Part shown: in pieces, positions 1-13,212 of the stretch
How positions within the stretch are numbered: the stretch's first letter is position 1
How the letters are laid out: the number at the start of each line of letters is the position of its first letter
From: Oculina patagonica
Taxonomy: Eukaryota
Reading direction: 5' to 3'
Assembly: GCF_052425735.1 (NCBI RefSeq)
Contig: NC_135760.1
Coordinates: 15,624,001-15,688,000, forward strand
Length of the DNA stretch: 64,000 nt
Translations under genes and position numbers: made by a program
The notes under the pieces: generated by a model
Database searches by the model: none
What the model was told of the DNA's origin: nothing
Seen by the model: the letters and a program-made list of their open reading frames with translations, nothing else

Positions 1-851
1 ATAACCAATTAAGAATGTGAGGGGTTCAGCGCTCGAAGGCAGCGAAGTTTAACACGATTAAGAACGCAATTTGTACTGGTACAAGTCTTTAGGCGCTAAT
101 ATTAATTTAACCTAAAACGATTAACAACGCAAATTTGTACTGGTACAAGTCTTTCACACACTAAAACGTTGCTAATAGTTAACCAAAGGGAACTCATTTC
201 GTGACAATTGATTATTTCTGCTGAATTGCACAATTTAGAATTACAACATCATTCCATGCAGGTGTGAAGTGATATTTACAAGTGTTTTTGTAGCCTGTTG
301 TGAAATTACTTCCGGTGGAAGCAGTAAACGCTAAAAGTGTTTGCTTCTGTTCAGAAGTTAATGCATCGCCATTAGAAAAAAAACAGCAACTGTTTAACTG
401 GAAATGTAGTCGTTAGAAATGGCATGTGTAGCCGTAAGGTAAAGAATAACGCGAGGAGAAGCGGCTTTTGGTAATATCCAAAGGAAAATTTACTTCTTTT
501 ACTTTTACTCAATGTGGGGTTAAGATTGCGTGACGAGACAAAAGGTAACTCTGTCGTGCTTAACCTTTTTTGGGAACCCTGCAAACGAGTAGAAATCTTT
601 CTAACTCGAAAGGAAACAACTATTTCGATTAAAGGCAAACGTCAAAGTTTACCATTTTTAACCAAGCCAAAGTATATGAGTCGCAAAGCGCCCAGACGTT
701 TGAATTCTTCTATGATATGTTCGAACAACAATGCCCAGGATTAACCTTCTACTCATACTAACTTCATGCAAAAAAGTCGATATCTCGAAGAGATCTTTGA
801 TTTATTTAAGCACATACATTTGAATATTTTAATTTGTAACGTTCTCTCTAT

Positions 852-1220
852 ATCATCATCATCGTCATCATTGTCATCATCATCATCATCATCATAAATC
901 TTGCCCTCCTGTCGTTGTACCAGCCTTGCAATCAATCTGGTTTTATTAACACCAGTGACGTCTGGTACGACTCTCTTAAACAAGAGATCCGGCAGCAGAC
1001 AAGTTAAGCAGTTTTATTCTTCGTTGCGTGGTCCCCTGCATCCAAACTGTTTCTGTTTTTTCATCATGATCATCATAATTATCGTCATCATCCTCATCAT
1101 CATCATCATCATCATCATCGTCGTCGTCATCCTCATCGTCATTGTCATCGACAACGTCATCATCATCATCATCATCATCGTCGTCGTCATCATCATCATC
1201 ATCATCATCATCGTCATCAT
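852..1220. repeat. (CAT/CGT)n trinucleotide microsatellite tracts
   Basis: Runs at ~852-895 and ~1063-1220; they explain the poly-I, poly-D and poly-M ORFs. Confidence 0.95.
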
Positions 1221-1289
1221 TTTCTTCACCACAACCAATCCCCGTCACCCCCAGAGAAATAATCTAATAAATGCGCTTTATTCCTACAG

Positions 1290-2345
1290 AAGAAACGAAC
1301 ACCCAGGTCATTTTTCCTCCACGTCCCCTAAAGATAGCTGGATCTTTCTTTGTGTGCGTTTTCGTAACAGTCAACCTTACATGGAGGCGATTGTAAATGC
1401 AGATTTTGGCTCCTCGGCTTCAAGCAATGATTTTCCATCCGCCAATGTCCAGCTAACTAAAATTGTCATCGGACGGGATCAGGATGACAGTGGAAACGTT
1501 ATCAATACTAATCCTTTTGAAGGAAAAATTTCAGCCTTGAATATCTGGCGTGGCTATTTAGATAACTGGAATATGGAACAGTGGTACCAAAATGGTCAGT
1601 TATCTTATCAACCCGATTACAAATGGCCGTCATTTGGTAACCCTGGTAACCGTGTTGGAAACGTTCACTATGTCAGCGTCACATCTGCTGGAAGAAGTAA
1701 GTTGAACTGGCTGATATAACATTGTCATAGAGAAAATAAAAAAATAAAAAAAAAGGCAAAAAGGAATTACAGTAGATCCCCGATAACTGGAACTCGGATA
1801 ACTCGAACCCCCCTAACTCCACCCCCGCCCAACCCCGCTAACTCGAACTGTTTTTCTTTTCCCTTCAGAGTTCGAGTAACCGAGGTTCAACTGTAACTAA
1901 GCGTATATTTGAAATTCACCGAAAAAAATGGCCTCAAAACGTCTCAAAATACACAAAAATCGATTTATCTTATTATATGATTAAAAATGCTACCAGTTAT
2001 GAAGATTAAGTTAATTAATTCCTATTTACCTTTTTATATTTTTCGTTTTAATATGACAACGTTATTGCAATTAGGTGTAACTTATATTTTTGAAATTTTC
2101 ATTTATGACCCATTTCCCTTTCGTATCTAGATAATAAGTTGCAGTTTTTATTTGACTCATATTTGACTCAACGTACACGAGGTTTTTCGTTTCTTATTGT
2201 CCAGTCAGAAATGTCACGGAATGCCACGGAAGCTAGTGAGGCAACCATCGTGGTTAATATCGTGGGTTCATTCAATTTTCAGAGCTGATATCAGTCTGAC
2301 CGAGATAAGTACTTGTTCTGAAGAGCAAATACTTCTCCATGGATA

Positions 2346-2392
<47 letters not shown>

Positions 2393-4759
2393 AAGTTTAT
2401 TCAAGTGTCGATAAAACACTTACCTAGGGCGTTTACCATTTGAACGAAAAAATTTGCACGAAAAAAATCGGTCGAGACGGAACAGTCCCAGTGCTACAGC
2501 AAAATTCCTCTCAAAGCAGTTCAGCTAGTTCGAGTAGCCTACCATTTGCATGGAAAGGGTCCCGGAAGTGCAGCTAATTTCCTCTCAAAGCGTTTGAGCT
2601 AGTCCGAGTCGTTTATCATTTGCACACACAAAAAGCGGTAGGTATGAAACGGTTCAAATGTTACTGCTAAATTCCTGCGTGGGGCGAACTTGGTTTGATA
2701 GTTGTACAGGGATATTCCGGTCATTTCGGTTGGAATTAAAAGAGACGAAGATGTCTGAGGATTTACATTTTTACAACAAAATTTGGATCAATTTAGGTTT
2801 CTGGGAAACTGCTCACCTGCCCCTCCCTAAACCTAACATTTTGCCCAAAGCGATAAGTAAGGGTTAATGTTAGGTTTGGGGAGGGGTAGGTGAGCAGTTT
2901 CCCAGAAACCTAAATTGATCCCAAAATTTTCACTGGTAACAGTTGCACCATTTAAATTCCGGGTTTTTTTTTCATGAAAAATGGCAAATGTCCCTGGAGT
3001 AAATAAGGTATTTTCTTTCTCGACTCTCTTTCAGCTTGGCGAAGCGTTACCAAGAGCGAACTAGTAATAAACCAGACAAGCAATGTTATGACGGCTACAT
3101 ATGATGATGGCAACGGAGTTGTTGTGGAAACCTCGCAAATCTCTTCAGTTCCTTGTTCTGATCAGGCCTCGGCCCCAGTAGATGGCTTGGTCATCTCAGT
3201 AACGGGAGCCTGGAAACGAATCGCGTTCGAGCAAATCTTTTTGGAAACCCAGCAGTGCTATGCAATTTTTGGCAGCGTTCCTTCTTGGTGAGCATTTAGC
3301 AGGGCATATTAAGCAGCTTCCATTGAAAATATCTGGGAACACCTCTCAAATTAAAAAAAACAACGTTAACTAAAATACTTTTTAGAACGATTTTCATTTA
3401 AGAGTCGAAAGTGCCTAATATCAGTTGCTTTGGTTTTCCTTTACTACTTCTCATAACCTTTTCCCTTGATTACGTATTGATATTGTGAGGAGAAATTTGA
3501 TGTTGGTCAATTTTGGGACTTATAGGGGCTTAGAGGCTCAATTGTACGGCTGTGGAAGTACGAAAGATTGCGCGTGAAACGACTTGCAATGGGCAAAACT
3601 CTTTTTTTTTGTCAATAAAAGTTCCTTTCCATTTTTTGGTCAGTTTCTTGTGTTAATTAGCAGTCTGTCATTTCATTCAGGTTTGAAAGAAAAAAGATCA
3701 ATTTTTAAAAGCTAAACTCTTTTCTTCCTTCGCCATCGCAATTGTTAAAGTGTTTTTAATTAAAATTGTTTTCGTTTTTTCCGTTTACAGGGCCTCCGGT
3801 TATAATCCAGGCGTTGAAGAATTTGATCCCAATGAAGATGAAATTTGGAAAGCAGAATTTCTTGGTGTTGGCGGTGGTAATGACATCTTTTTTAGCGCAA
3901 ATAGTTTAGTCAATCTTTAGGCTCCATCCATGAATAGATAGGCCCTTATGTCGAGGCATGTAAAAGAGAAAAGGCCAAGAGGGGGTGAAAAAGGGAGATT
4001 TTGACCCCCTCCGGTACTTTCATTACCTTTCATTGGGAATTTCGTTTTACTCAGGTTTAGTCAAGCAAATTTCGCTCTAGCTCAGACCCTTAAGCCCTGT
4101 TTTCATATGGGTCTGGAGGAAGGAAGCGATGAGCTGGGCTACAGGAAAATTCGTTCATCGAATGCCCTTGGGTCGATTCCGCCTGTCAATTCGCGAATCA
4201 CGCAGGTCCATGAGTGCGACGCAAACACAAACGCAAGGAAAAATACGTGTAAAGTAACCCAACACAAACACAAACGCAAGCGCAAACGCCGACGCAAGAA
4301 ATGGAAAAAAATCATTTTCTTGCGCTTGCGTTTGCATTCCACACGTGTGTACCGGGGCAACGCAAACGCAAGCAAGTGAAGCGTGGCTTGTCCGCCATCT
4401 TGGAAAAAGACTTCAACTGCGCCTGCGTATCTCACGTTTCTTTCGTTTATGTTCTACGCGTGAGTTTGCGTTTGTGTCGCACGTGTGAACCAGACCTTAG
4501 AAAGAAAATGAGAGGAAAAGCGTTGCTGTGCTGTCTACGTAACAAGTGCCTCTCTGTTTCTTTAGTTCATGAGTACAGTGGTGTGAATACGTTGTGTGGA
4601 AGTATGCATTTCTGGATGGTAAACCACCCACAGGGCAATACACCAACTGCTGGAATCAGTCTCAGAAGCAAGTGGGGCGCACAGAACGCTGGGATATCCA
4701 CCTTTGGCAAATGCGGGTCCTTTAAATTTAAGATAAAGAATATCAAGGTTCTGAACTGA
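1290..4759 (+). CDS. 3' part of a spliced gene encoding a pentraxin/LamG (ConA-like) domain protein with an unassigned C-terminal region; 5' exons not identified
   Basis: Phase-compatible GT-AG exons 1290-1696, 3035-3287, 3791-3876 and 4566-4759 (TGA). The first exon has a pentraxin-like signature, IVIGRDQD...FEGKISALNIW. Confidence 0.65.
1770..1893. mobile_element. Tc1/mariner(pogo)-type MITE
   Basis: TA|CAGTAGATCCCCGATAACT...AGTAACCGAGGTTCAACTG|TA: imperfect TIRs and TA TSD. Confidence 0.65.
2345..2392. repeat. (GAT)n microsatellite
   Basis: Perfect GAT run. Confidence 0.95.
2427..2994. mobile_element. PIF/Harbinger-like MITE carrying a nested MITE at 2785-2921
   Basis: Outer TIRs GGGCGTTTACCATTT / AAATGGCAAATGTCCC. 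The inner element has near-perfect TIRs (GGATCAATTTAGGTTTCTGGGAAACTGCTCACCT) and an 8-bp TSD, CAAAATTT. Confidence 0.7.
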
Positions 4760-6946
4760 GCAAAATCCTATAAAAAAATCAATCGAGAACAAGCATTTTG
4801 CATTTTAAATTTTGCACCTCTATGCACATACATTTCAACCCCGTTTTAACGTACTCGCTCGTTTTCGAAAACTTGTTTCGTTATATCCAATGTTCCCCAA
4901 GATTGATCCCAATTACCTAGTCTCCAGGTGCTCTCCTCCTCACGTGGGCGAGTGCGAAGTACACGCAAGGGCCTGGGTGGGGTGCTGGTTCGTTGCGTGT
5001 CGGCATGAATTGTCGCGCCAAATCAAGTGTGGGAGAGGGGACACCTGGGTACGAAAAATATGTCCGTTGCAAGCGGAACTTTGTAAAATCGAGTTAATTA
5101 TTCACGTGTTTAAGTTCAGTTAACGTATTTTTTGGCCATAGCCGGGACCGTGAGAAGGTTCGCTCTTTACTGATTAGAGTTCGTTAAACCAGGGCTGGAT
5201 TGAGTAAGTGTCATAATTCATTCTACATTGTTCTAGTGCCCAAATCGGCACTAATTGGGGATTTGCACTTCGCACAAGTTTAGAGGCAAAAATAAAAATT
5301 GCACAAGTTTAGAGGCAATCAGCGAGGGCAAAATGCCGCTGTTTTCAACAAATTTTTGTACAGGTTTTTTTTTTGAAAAAAGCTTTCCATTACCCGTGAT
5401 GAAAACATGCCGGCTCACTCGTATTGATTATTCGCACGAAATCAGGCACTTGTTTTACTATTTTATAAAAGGTCAAAAAGAAAAACACATTATCGCATCA
5501 GTAAGAAGTTCTCTAATGCCATTTTTGGGGAATCCTGTAAATAAAAAACAAAATAGGAGGCAGAGTGTTTAGGGCGTGGGCTCTGCCATCCCCATCGTGC
5601 AAAGAGCGAACTGAATTTTTTTTTCTCATAAGCTTTCAACATAGCTTCTCCGTTAAGCGTTTCGTTTTGTTTATTTAAATGAAATATATAAATTAAATGC
5701 TGAGGCATTGCAAAGGCAATGTCTTCGTTCTGTTCTCGGTTCCTGTTTGTCGATAGGCCGAGTTCAACATCTCGGTCACACTGTGTAAATAGCCAACTTA
5801 ACATGTTTTCAGCTGGGAATCTTAATTAGGTCTAATTACTGTTGTGTTCATTTTGAAGTATTTGTTTCATGACCGAGTCATGATTTAATTCAATTGCAAG
5901 CGGGTACATTTTTAATTACGAGTCAGTCTCGTTCAATCCTCCCAAAAATTATCACCAAGCTTATTTATGAGTCAATAGAGCGCACGGAAGATCGACAAAG
6001 TCCAAGAAGTGGAGTGGAATTTCACTTCATTTGGGTGCTTTTCGCCCCTTTTACGATATTTATCAAACAACATTCTTTAAGGTAGTTTTACGCAGTTATA
6101 TATATATATATAGGGGTTATAAAAGACAAAGGTGGTTAAGTACGACTCAATCCGAAATTGGATTCTATAAGGTGGAACCGGTCTAAATTTAACTAAGAGG
6201 TGTTTAAAGCAGAACAATAGAAATAAAACTCTTTTTGCACAACTCTCTGCAGCGTCCTGTATTAGAAAATAAAATTTCAGTTTCACTGGTAAATAGGTAC
6301 AGAGTTTAACCAATATTTCAGGAACTTTGACAACTGTCTTTAACTGATCAAACCCAAAGTAATCACAAAACCAATAAGCGGTGTGGCAGCGAAAATGCAA
6401 TGCACCAATCAAATGTCGAGAAAAATCATGTAACGGCGTCAAGCGCGATAAAAAACCTGCTGATGCATGTAACTGGCGGCAAGTGCGAGAAAGCATGTAA
6501 CCGACAGAAAACCGCGGGAAAGCATGCCACCACTAGCGGAAATAAAAGAGCAGGAAAAGTCGCGTCCAACAGCGAAACGAGTCGCTACTCGTCCTAGCAC
6601 GTGATTGGCCCAGACAGCACCAATTCCTCTGATTGGTCCAAGTGAGACCGTGAGATTAGTAAATGCATATGTTCGTCGTATCCGGGTTACTTTGTAGCAA
6701 CATTAAAAAATTCAACCATGAGTTTTAGGTGAGTTGACAGTGAAACACTCACCAAACGTCATGCACTAGGGAACGTTATTCTATTAAATGTAAGTATTAA
6801 TATGTCAAGATGGTCGTTAACTACAAAACCTAAATTTATATTGCGGATTTTTAATTGGATCTGTTTTATGGCAAAGATGACATTGATTCATTTAGCATTA
6901 AAATAAAAGTGTAGTTTATCAATTCTTCTTTTATAATTGTTTGTTA

Positions 6947-7840
6947 TTAAGTAGCAAGATCTCCCAGTGAAAGATCGGAACTTGATTCAGATCTTCGTCT
7001 ATGGCCTCTTTCCGATGCTGGCGGCCGTGTTTCGTCAGAAGCGGAAAACACGACTTTCTTTTCTCTTTTCCCGCGAGATTGCCCGCGAGATTGCCCGCGA
7101 GAGGACCCGCGGGTGTACCCGCGAGGTGGATCTTCTTCATCTTCACTAGACAGCAGCGGTAGACACCTGAACGCAGCAGTGTAAGCTTGAAGAGCTTGGG
7201 CATGGAAGCGCATCTCGGCGAGAAGAAAATCACCAAGTATACGATTTAAATCTTGCAATTTCTGCTCCTCAAAATGTTTCATTTCTACCTTAATATCTTC
7301 GCGGGAACGTTCCGCCTGGCATCGTGCCTGTTCGAACTTGATGTTTGCATCGTTGATTCTTCTTGGGTCCACGGGTGTCCTGTTTTTCGCCTTTTCAAGT
7401 TTAGAAAGTCGGCGATTTTTTTTAATCACGGCGTCTTCGCAGGCATTAACACACTTTCTCATTTCTTGGCACTTCCCTTCGTAGGCTAAGATGTCGATTG
7501 AGATTTTATCTTGAAGAGTATCTTTTAACTCTTTCCGTTGTTGTTGGACAGTAGACAGATACTTGGTGTAGTTTGACAAATTTGTTTTAACAGCGGGGTG
7601 GCTTTCCAGGTCGGAAGTACAAACGCCAATTGTCGAAGACAATTTTTCTCCTTTCTGCGCTAGTTTCTCCATGATTGCGGCGTATTTTTCAACCCGGCGA
7701 GCCATGGCAGTGAAATGGTTTTCTGTGTCGTCAATACGTTTCGTGTACTGATCCATTTCATGAACCTTTTCCCCTCGCAAACTCCGTCGCAATACCTCGG
7801 TCACACTAGCCGCCATACTAGACATACTAGTCAGGGACAT
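6947..7840 (-). CDS. CIBAR1: FAM92/CIBAR-family BAR-domain protein, single exon
   Basis: Open ORF from the first ATG (7840). Helical BAR pattern with the FAM92-typical C-terminal motif FEEQKLQDLNRILGDFLLAEMRFHAQALQAYTAAF and an S/R-rich tail. The paralog assignment is not certain. Confidence 0.8.
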   Translation of the reverse strand: MSLTSMSSMAASVTEVLRRSLRGEKVHEMDQYTKRIDDTENHFTAMARRVEKYAAIMEKLAQKGEKLSSTIGVCTSDLESHPAVKTNLSNYTKYLSTVQQQRKELKDTLQDKISIDILAYEGKCQEMRKCVNACEDAVIKKNRRLSKLEKAKNRTPVDPRRINDANIKFEQARCQAERSREDIKVEMKHFEEQKLQDLNRILGDFLLAEMRFHAQALQAYTAAFRCLPLLSSEDEEDPPRGYTRGSSRGQSRGQSRGKREKKVVFSASDETRPPASERGHRRRSESSSDLSLGDLAT

Positions 7841-7899
7841 TTCCAACTCGTGGTCGCCGATAAAATTCAACACTTTCGTTATCAGTGTTTCGTTTATGA

Positions 7900-8037
7900 C
7901 ATCAGCGTAGCGCGCGCAGAATCATGTTCTGTACCATAGCCTATCTGGGTTCGAAGGAGAATCACTGCATCAGCGTAGCGCGCGCAGAATCATGTTCTGT
8001 ACCATAGCCTATCTGGGTTCGAAGGAGAATCACTGCA
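7900..8037. repeat. Perfect 68-bp tandem duplication
   Basis: CATCAGCGTAGCGCGCGCAGAATC...GAATCACTG occurs at 7900-7967 and 7968-8035. Confidence 0.95.
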
Positions 8038-8106
8038 CTTTCTGATCTGGTAATGGTTTGGTGTAACTTGCTCTCCAGAGCGTTTGCCGCTATTGTCACC
8101 ACATGC

Positions 8107-8486
8107 AGACCACCCTATGTGTTCGTGGTTAATTATTGTTGACATGAGACGAACAAAAAAATATTGAAATCTACGAGGGTTGACTAATAAAACTCTGGAA
8201 ATTACATATTTAAACAACATTTCGCCCTTAATATCACAGCAGAGTTAAATGAAATGTTAATCAACTCATGTGTAGTGTTGTTTCGCCTGCGTGGGCCGTT
8301 TGAAAAGCCTTTTTACTGAATTACTTTCGGTCGAAAGTAATTCAGTAAAAAGGTGCTTCAAAAGGCGAAATGAAGTTTAGATATGTAATTTCCAGGGCTT
8401 TATTTATTAGTAACTCTCATAAATTACAATATTTTTTTGTTCGTCTCATGTCAACAATATTTAACCACGAACACATAGGGTGGTCT
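8107..8486. mobile_element. Foldback/MITE with ~120-bp imperfect arms and a central palindrome
   Basis: AGACCACCCTATGTGTTCGTGGTTAA...TTAACCACGAACACATAGGGTGGTCT; internal hairpin at ~8308-8352. Confidence 0.75.
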
Positions 8487-9638
8487 ACCTGTGATGTTAC
8501 TAATTCAATCAACTTTCAGCTGATGACAACCACTGTTGTTTTGAGTGATAGCCCGTTCGCGTTGTCGGAGAAAATTAGTCTGCAGAACAGGCGGTACTGC
8601 CTGTTCTGCAGGCTAGAGAAAATCGACGGGTGGGTAGACCGTCTCCTATTTCCCCTAGCGTGCGTAGCAGGCGCGTATGGGAAACGCGAAAGGTACGAAC
8701 TATTTCCTCGCGCGGCAGAAAGGAAATAGGAGACAGCTGCACGCAGGCTATGGGGAGGGTATTCCCTGTAAAATAAAACCGACACCAAACAAAAGAGGCC
8801 AAGGGACAGAGCTGAGCGTCCATATGAAGGAAGAGTTCGTAATGTATACATATCCAAGATGGAGATATCATTTCCAGTTTTTCTAGGAAATTTCGAAACT
8901 TTTAAATGCAACTCCAGATTAATAATATATAAACGTCTGCGTAGGAGGCTAGCACTGGTAGGGATGTAGGTTATCGTCTTTTGACCCTGTCATGCGCTTT
9001 ATACATGAGCCTCTGGCTCGGATATATAGGGAGGGCAACCTCATCTTGGGTTATGACTTTTATAATAACTTTTAAAAATTGATTAAAAAACCATATAAAC
9101 TCTTAATTTTTTTATGGTTTTTGTGGCACTCTTTAAAATAGATAAAAATAGTGATTTTCATCTTAGTTTCTTTCAAATGAGTCTTTGGCAGGATTTTAGA
9201 GCTGTCACAAAACGGAAAAAATTTTAAGGGTTTGTATGGATTTTGAACCATATTTCAAGGTCCATAACTTCGTTTCTGTTCACTCTGAAAGCATCAAACT
9301 TGGTCAAATGACCAATCTCACCGTGATCTTTCATGTGGTGGTGTCAGATAATCGATTACTTAAAATTTGAAACTCGCCCCAGTTTCCTGCGCAACTTCGG
9401 AACGGCCATAAGCGTGCGACTTACTTGGTAGCCAAAATGGATACTAATTTCATCAGGTCGCGCGCACTTGCAACTTTTTGAAAATGAAAATGATGCGTTA
9501 AAATGAAAACGATGCGTTAAATCGCACGAACTGGAAATATTACATGGTCTTCCTTCAGTGCTAAATTTTATAATTTGTGTCAATTGACAATCCTGGAACG
9601 AACTGCCCTGTGACTTGTAGCCTACGGACCCATTGAAC

Positions 9639-9938
9639 CCCCCGGGGGGGTACTCAGGTATATTTTGGGTGGGTATGTGCCGCCCAGGTCTCCAAAGTAG
9701 CACCCCGTTTTAGAAAGAATTTGCATTCAAAATGATTATCCCGTTCTAGAAAAAGGCCAATTTTTTAACACCCCGCTTTTGGCTGCAAATAATTTGAAAC
9801 TTTCGTACGTTCGAAATGCCATACCCCGTTCTAGAAATTGTCTCTAAAATGGATACCCCGTTCTAGATCGGGACCCAACATCACGACCCCGTTGGGCGCC
9901 ACATTCCCGTTTAGGCTTTTTAGGGGGATACCCCCGGG
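9639..9938. mobile_element. MITE with CCCGGGGG(G)TAC-type termini
   Basis: G/C-run inverted termini; flanks CATTGAAC and CATTGAAA form a near-perfect 8-bp TSD. Confidence 0.7.
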
Positions 9939-10457
9939 CATTGAAACCATCCATATTTGAGTCACGGAATGGTCCAACTACTTGTAAGCAGGTTTGGAGA
10001 TTAAATTTATTATTATTATGTCAAAGACTTCAAAGGCATCTTGTTGGTACCTGGTTAACATCTTCAAATGCTCTTAATTATTACAAATGTATATCGACAG
10101 GTTTCGTACAAAAAAATTCAACATAATTATATTTAGTACAACATTTTATACAAATAAATATTATGAAGAATAATCTCTATTTGTTTCGCACAGCTTAGCT
10201 ATGTATATTTATGTGGTTTTGAGCACTGTCCACAATGTACGAAGAAACAGTTATGAACATTAATTAAATTCTTTGGCAGAACTCTTGGATTAAAAAGAAT
10301 AACTGTAAAAGCTCTGATGCCTCCTCTTTAACTGAGCCCCCCCTTCTCTAGTAAGATCCCCCCTTCCCCTAGATGGTAGATATCTTAAGTTAAAGGGGCT
10401 ATGTCATGCAATTTTAGGCAATTTTGGCACTGACCAATTGATCATAGATGTTATAAG

Positions 10458-10676
10458 CAACCCTCCAAGTTAAGACTATTTTAGTCGCCATGGTGACTAA
10501 AATTTTGGAGCTGGCGACTTAATTGGAACTGAAGTGGCCAGCCTGGTGACTTAAATTGAGAAGAAGGATTGAAAGTGGAGCTTAATAAGAAGTGTCTAAA
10601 ATTTTTCACTGGCGACCAAAACTTGAGCAGTTGGTGGCCAAATGGCCACTAAGGAAAAAAAAACTTGGAGGGTTGT
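10458..10676. mobile_element. MITE (CAACCCTCCAAGTT...AACTTGGAGGGTTG); second copy at ~53670-53865
   Basis: Perfect short TIRs and two similar dispersed copies in the window. Confidence 0.7.
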
Positions 10677-12261
10677 ATAAGCCCCCTGGTTATAAGCCCA
10701 TCTACCTGGAAACAAAAAAAAATACATCCGGTTATAAGCCAACCAGATATAAGTCCCCCTCTGCTGGAGGACAGTACTAAACAGAGCGTAATGCTGCATT
10801 ATCATGACTTTTTAACTTAAAAATGTATTCCGATCAACACTGCAGTGGCTTGTCTCAAAACTTTTTTATTCTGCTTATTCCCCCCCCTCCCGGGTATAAG
10901 CCCTCCTTCTTATAAGCCACCTAAAACCCCTTACGAAGCTGTATCAGCCCAGGGCTTATAACTGATTTTACAGTATACGATTTGAACCATAGATACCGAA
11001 AAAGATGGTGACTGGTACATTAACCTACGATTCTTAGCGCAGAAAAACCCCAAAAATGCTCATGAAAATGCACAGAAGAGCTCTAAAAACTTTAAACCCA
11101 GTGTGAACAATGCCGCTACAGGGACAAATTTTGCAAAAATACGGCTTTCGATGTGCCCTGTTAGCGGTGTTAGATTCGTAAGGTATTGTGGTAAAATGTA
11201 CAGCCTCCGTCTTTTTCCATATGGTGGATTAAACCTCCCCACAAAAGGTCTTTAAGACCAATCATTAGCCCCCTCCCATCCCACCACGGAGGCATGCTTA
11301 ACAGAGCTTTTACATTATTCAGAAAAATCTTTACGAGATTAAGTTACACTATGGCTATGTCACCATTACAAGACATAGCAAAATGAATAAATTATGTACA
11401 GTTCCAGAAAATATTCATACCCACCCCAAGGAAGGTCATTGGAAAATATCCCAATGGGGAGGGGGTTCTATTTTAAAAGTGAAAGTTCTTAAAGGGACGT
11501 ATGAAGCTAAACTAGAGCATTGGGGGTAGGGGTAGGGGCACAAACCAAAACAAACCTTCCTTGATATTTTTTGGAACAACACAATAATTTGACATAACAT
11601 TAAAAAAATGTATTTTTACCTTAACGATATACTACAAGCTCTACCATCAATACGTTATAACAAGTATGTTGTATAACTTAAAACACACAACTGTAGAAAT
11701 AACTCAAGGAGTGAAAATGCTTGAGGGATGAGAAGAACTCCTATTCAAGTAACAGGGATACTTGTTAGATTTTGACTAGAATCCACCTATGGTGGCATGC
11801 TTCCATAGGGAGCTCACACTAAGATTAAATGGAAATAATTGGCAGTCAACGAAAGGTTGTAAAAGATAAATAAATTTCAATTTATTTATGGGCCTTACTT
11901 CTTTGTTGTTGTCTGTCTGCTGTTTTTGAAGCATCTCATAGCGTAATCACATCGTAATGTACCAACTGTGCCATACACAGTCAAGCAAATCAGCAATTGG
12001 TCCCTGCCAGAGGAGGGGGTGTCCCATGTCACTTGTCTGAATTTAAAAATGCCCCACTGTCTGTGTTTTATCATACTTTATGTTGCTTGAGTTGGCTGTC
12101 GGAAATTTTGGCAAAAAGAGTTTTTTTTTTGTCTGGATTTCAGTGTAGGTACTGCCGCTACTTTTTGGGCCATGTCTCTGTCGGAATTTACCCTGGCAGG
12201 CAGTGCTGGAAATAACTGTCGGTCATCGGACATTGTCTGATCAAATATGCCAAAATGTTAA

Positions 12262-12815
12262 AGTGCTACTACGATCAAATTTTCGATTTCCATTTTTTTA
12301 CATTTTCGTGTACAAGAAGACTTTCTTACTTACCTTGCCAATTTTCAATCCATTACGAACATCAGAAGTCGTTTTATTTTAACGTTTATTTCCGATAATT
12401 TACGGCCGCCATTAAAAAACCTTGTTCCAAGGCTTGGTTGCGAATAGGGAGAAAATGACGTCAAAGACTCTAAATACCTCACGGGTTGAAATTATAATAA
12501 CAATCAGCATAGAACATTGCACGAAAAATAAGCCTAAAGTTTTTGTTGCTTTTCGCGTGATTTTCACTACATATTGTTATTATAATTTCAACCCGTGAGG
12601 TATTTGGAGCCTTTGACGTCATTTTCTCCCTATTCGCAACCAAGCCTTGGAACAAGGTTTTTTAATGGCGGCCGTAAATTATCGGAAATAAACATTAAAA
12701 TAAAACGACTTCTGATGTTCGTAATGGATTGAAAATTGGCAAGGTAAGTAAGAAAGTCTTCTTGTACACGAAAATGTAAAAAAATGGAAATCGAAAATTT
12801 GATCGTAGTAGCACT
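12262..12815. mobile_element. Non-autonomous Kolobok-type foldback element
   Basis: TTAA TSD (12258-12261 and 12816-12819), AG...CT termini, ~240-bp near-perfect inverted arms. Confidence 0.85.
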
Positions 12816-13212
12816 TTAAGTAAGAAGAATTATTTCCAAATTAATTTCCATACAAATACTTGTACTCTGAGCTCGGGCTACTTATGATATGGTACAAGCT
12901 TATTTTTACCCTAAAGAGGTACCAGTGTAGACTGTTTTAAACCTTAGCATGCAGGAACTGTGAAAAATTGAAATTTACAGCCCTTACTGATACTACCCCT
13001 GAGTTCCCTTTAGAGAGCCATCTAGGGAAAAAGTTTTCAGGAAACTGTTACTAACTTTTGTTTTCATTAAATCTGAAAGTAAACTAAAAGATGTTTTTGA
13101 AACAAACTTCTTTAGAAATATGTGTAATTACAGATGTGTGTTGATGAGGGTCAATGTTAGTGAGAGTGTGTGGCCAAACGACAGCAAGAATTTGAACTCT
13201 CTGTTACTCTAA

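Noticed and set aside
753-1248. Poly-Ile, poly-Asp and poly-Met ORFs, including the 5' half of ORF 901..1719
   Set aside because: They are translations of a (CAT)n microsatellite; the real exon starts at the AG acceptor at 1289.
4107-4500. Overlapping basic and hydrophobic ORFs
   Set aside because: They derive from a repeat rich in AACGCA/TTGCGT motifs inside an intron of the pentraxin-domain gene.
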